DNA of 64,000 nucleotides from contig CP075492.1 of the NCBI GenBank assembly GCA_021613535.1, forward strand, positions 20,026,001 to 20,090,000, written 5' to 3'. Source of the stretch: Adineta vaga. Lineage: Eukaryota > Animalia > Rotifera. Shown in pieces: positions 61,350 to 64,000 of this stretch. Numbering within the stretch: position 1 is the first letter of the stretch; every line of letters begins with the position of its first letter. Both the position numbers and the translations under genes were made by a program. The notes under the pieces were generated by a model that was given only the letters and a program-made list of their open reading frames with translations, was not told the DNA's origin and did no database searches.

Positions 61350-63905
61350 TTAGTTCGAAGATATTTGATTATTTCGTCTTTGTTGACATTTTGCAGTTAT
61401 TTTGTGTAATAAAGTAGTGATGAAAGGAACAACAAGTCTGAGAAAAGTTGTCAGTCCTCCATAAAGACCTAATAAAGTTGTGATGATAACAACGAAGTTC
61501 TTCCGTTGAATAAGTGTAACAGAACATGAAAGCGGACGACATTGAGTATAGTATTGATTAAAAGATACACTTGATGAACATGTTTCAATGAACATTTCTT
61601 GAACAAGTATTTCAACATTACCATTAGATACAAAACGAGTTTCATTTTCATTTAATGGTTGAGGTGAAGGTAAAGATAAATTCAAATATGAAGTTAACAA
61701 ATTGATACAAGTTTGTTCATACATACATTCAATTGTACTTCGTAGAAGTGCTTCGAGTGGTGTACATCCAACAAAATATCCAGGAATGAAAGGTGTTGAT
61801 GATTGTGTACAAGCTGCTGATGTTAAACAATTACAATTACCATACGATTGTGGTTTCATAAAAATCTTTGAAGTAAAAGTAATGTTATTTAAGACAGGAT
61901 ACCAATTTGTTGAATAGAGAGAAACTAATGCATTACTTTGCATCATACCACGAATGAATTGAAAATTATTTAAATATTGATTAGGTAAAGTTGATTGAAA
62001 TTGAGCTAATGATGCATTTATTTGTGCATTAAATTGATTAATATGAATTAACGAAGCAGCAACAAACGATGAAGTCAAATAATTTTGTCGAGCTATATTA
62101 ACAGCATCTTTAGCAAGATTACAGAGAGAACGAAGAGCTTGATAATGAGAAAATATTGTTCCTTCAAGTGTAAATGCATTTGTTACTGCATATCGTACAT
62201 CTAATGAATCATAAACTCGAAAGAGTTGTTGTAAATATGTTTGAGAAATAAAATCACTTGTACAAATTGAATGAAAGTCGCATTCATATTCAATAAATGA
62301 TGAATATGAAGTAGAAACTTGTGAACATGGACAATTAATCGTATCCACACTATATTGTTGTTGCAATTGTTGATATCGTTCGAACGATGGTTTTGTCACA
62401 GTCAATATTGTTGTATCATAAATCAATAAATTGTAGAGTATAAAGATAAATAATGTAATAGAAACAATAATGAGATAAACATATGTTGCTCTTTGTTGTT
62501 GTTTGATAGATTTAATTGTATTTTGACGTGGATGATCGAATACATTTATACTTCGTAATCGACGAAAAAGTCGTATATGAAAAGAAATTAAAATAATTTC
62601 TTCTTGTTGTTGTGTTCGTCGATGAATCATAAGAAAAAAAGTACTAATAATAAAAGGAATAATGATACGTAGAGATACAGATAATCCACCGATAAGACCA
62701 GTTATAATTGTAATAGTTTCAAATATACTATTACGTCTTAGAATTGTATACGAACATGATGCTGGTTGACATTGATCAAAATAAGATGAATAATTCAATA
62801 CTTGACTCCAATTTTCAATAAAAAGTTCAGAAAGTAAAGTAGATACCGAATCATTCATTGCAAATCGACTAGGTAGAGATGAATTCAGACGTTCCATTGG
62901 TTGAAATAGTGTTGAATTATAAAAATCAATAATTGTAGTAAGACAATCTTGATTATCGTACAAACATTGAAGTGTTGATTGAAGTAATGATTCCAATGGA
63001 AAACAAGCTTGATAAATGTTAGGTACTGTTGATTTAGGTGCCCAGAAATATTTAAAAGTATATAAACCAACATTTGTTTTACAAGTAATATCATTTGCAC
63101 ATGCACATATATGCGAGGAATTCCCATCTTTATTAGTAATCTTTGTTATGCTAAATGTAATAGCATTTGCAGGTGAACCATATAAATTAAAATCTGCATT
63201 GTTTACAGAAGCAAAAATTTGATTGACAAAGGTCATATTACGAACAAGTTGAAAAAAGCTTAAACATCTATCCACTAATCCTGATTGAAAGCGAGTGATT
63301 ATCGAATACATTTGATAGTTAAAGATATCAATTGAAAGAAGATCAGCTGTAACCAATTGTGTTTGTTTAAATTTATCGAGTGAACTTGAAATTGTCGTGT
63401 TCATCAATGTACATAAAGTTTGTAAGTAAATAAATAATTGAAATGTAAGACGAAAATCAGGTCGACCACGTGCACTGCTTAAATCAATTTGGAGTAGTGT
63501 ACGTAAACTACTGACGAATGAAAATGTTATAAATGTACTTGAACATACTTGATGATAAGATGGTTGAAGGGCAATGAATTGTTTATAAGCTATATTAATC
63601 TGTGTACATGGACATTGAAGAGAAGAACCATATTCGCTTTGTGATTTCAAGTAAAGTACAGTATCTATAGAGGGTTGTTTTACTTCAATTGATTTTGTTT
63701 GTATACTCAGCATTGTATAAAAGAAAAGAATAATAAATCCAGTAATAAGACATAATATATAGATTCGTGTTGCCCAACGTTGTTTTTGGATTTCTCTCGG
63801 TTCTTGTTGATTCGAAGATTCGAAAATATTCATTTTAACAATTAAATACCAAATGCGTTTAGCTAAGATTTCCATTCGTTGTAGCAATGACACATTGAAT
63901 TCCAT
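61350..63905 (-). CDS. 851-aa membrane protein with two tandem Cys-rich extracellular modules, unknown function
   Basis: Each half has a TM segment, CPC, (Y/F)H..C.S.F, C.P.E.LL.ST..C.Y, Y..QC.P.SCS and a TM segment with GL.GGL. Confidence 0.85.
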   Translation of the reverse strand: MEFNVSLLQRMEILAKRIWYLIVKMNIFESSNQQEPREIQKQRWATRIYILCLITGFIILFFYTMLSIQTKSIEVKQPSIDTVLYLKSQSEYGSSLQCPCTQINIAYKQFIALQPSYHQVCSSTFITFSFVSSLRTLLQIDLSSARGRPDFRLTFQLFIYLQTLCTLMNTTISSSLDKFKQTQLVTADLLSIDIFNYQMYSIITRFQSGLVDRCLSFFQLVRNMTFVNQIFASVNNADFNLYGSPANAITFSITKITNKDGNSSHICACANDITCKTNVGLYTFKYFWAPKSTVPNIYQACFPLESLLQSTLQCLYDNQDCLTTIIDFYNSTLFQPMERLNSSLPSRFAMNDSVSTLLSELFIENWSQVLNYSSYFDQCQPASCSYTILRRNSIFETITIITGLIGGLSVSLRIIIPFIISTFFLMIHRRTQQQEEIILISFHIRLFRRLRSINVFDHPRQNTIKSIKQQQRATYVYLIIVSITLFIFILYNLLIYDTTILTVTKPSFERYQQLQQQYSVDTINCPCSQVSTSYSSFIEYECDFHSICTSDFISQTYLQQLFRVYDSLDVRYAVTNAFTLEGTIFSHYQALRSLCNLAKDAVNIARQNYLTSSFVAASLIHINQFNAQINASLAQFQSTLPNQYLNNFQFIRGMMQSNALVSLYSTNWYPVLNNITFTSKIFMKPQSYGNCNCLTSAACTQSSTPFIPGYFVGCTPLEALLRSTIECMYEQTCINLLTSYLNLSLPSPQPLNENETRFVSNGNVEILVQEMFIETCSSSVSFNQYYTQCRPLSCSVTLIQRKNFVVIITTLLGLYGGLTTFLRLVVPFITTLLHKITAKCQQRRNNQISSN

Positions 63906-64000
63906 TGATTCTATATAGAATAGATAATTTAGAATTTATTATCGATAAGAAAAGTCTTGTATGAACTTACCAGTTTCAACTGTTGTTTCATTTCGACGTT

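Overview
AT-rich eukaryotic DNA with short GT-AG introns. It is most likely from a bdelloid rotifer, inferred from the gene families and from TGTGGG/TGAGGG repeats that match reported bdelloid telomere hexamers. The window is a gene and pseudogene mosaic. It holds two class A GPCRs, F-box/LRR genes, NHL, Kelch and TPR repeat genes, ADP-ribosyltransferase (ART) and ARM-TIR genes, an E2 lacking its catalytic Cys, and archaemetzincin. Several genes look bacterial: a crotonase, a MetE-like relic and an 879-aa secreted protein. Mobile DNA includes a piggyBac, a spliced hAT inserted into the 5' TSD of a LINE, a deleted Tc1/mariner, MITEs and Helitron-like ends. Two signals stand out. First, about 18 dispersed 40-85 bp head-to-head telomere-like palindromes, (TGTGGG)n-spacer-(CCCACA)n, often with a TCTTGAGGG...CCCTCAAGA outer edge, lie between genes and at several gene-truncation junctions. 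Second, a frame missing from the ORF track encodes 16 heptads (YEPSSPP/YQAFSPP) resembling the RNA polymerase II CTD, behind a bipartite NLS. All family assignments come from motif recognition by eye; no searches were run.
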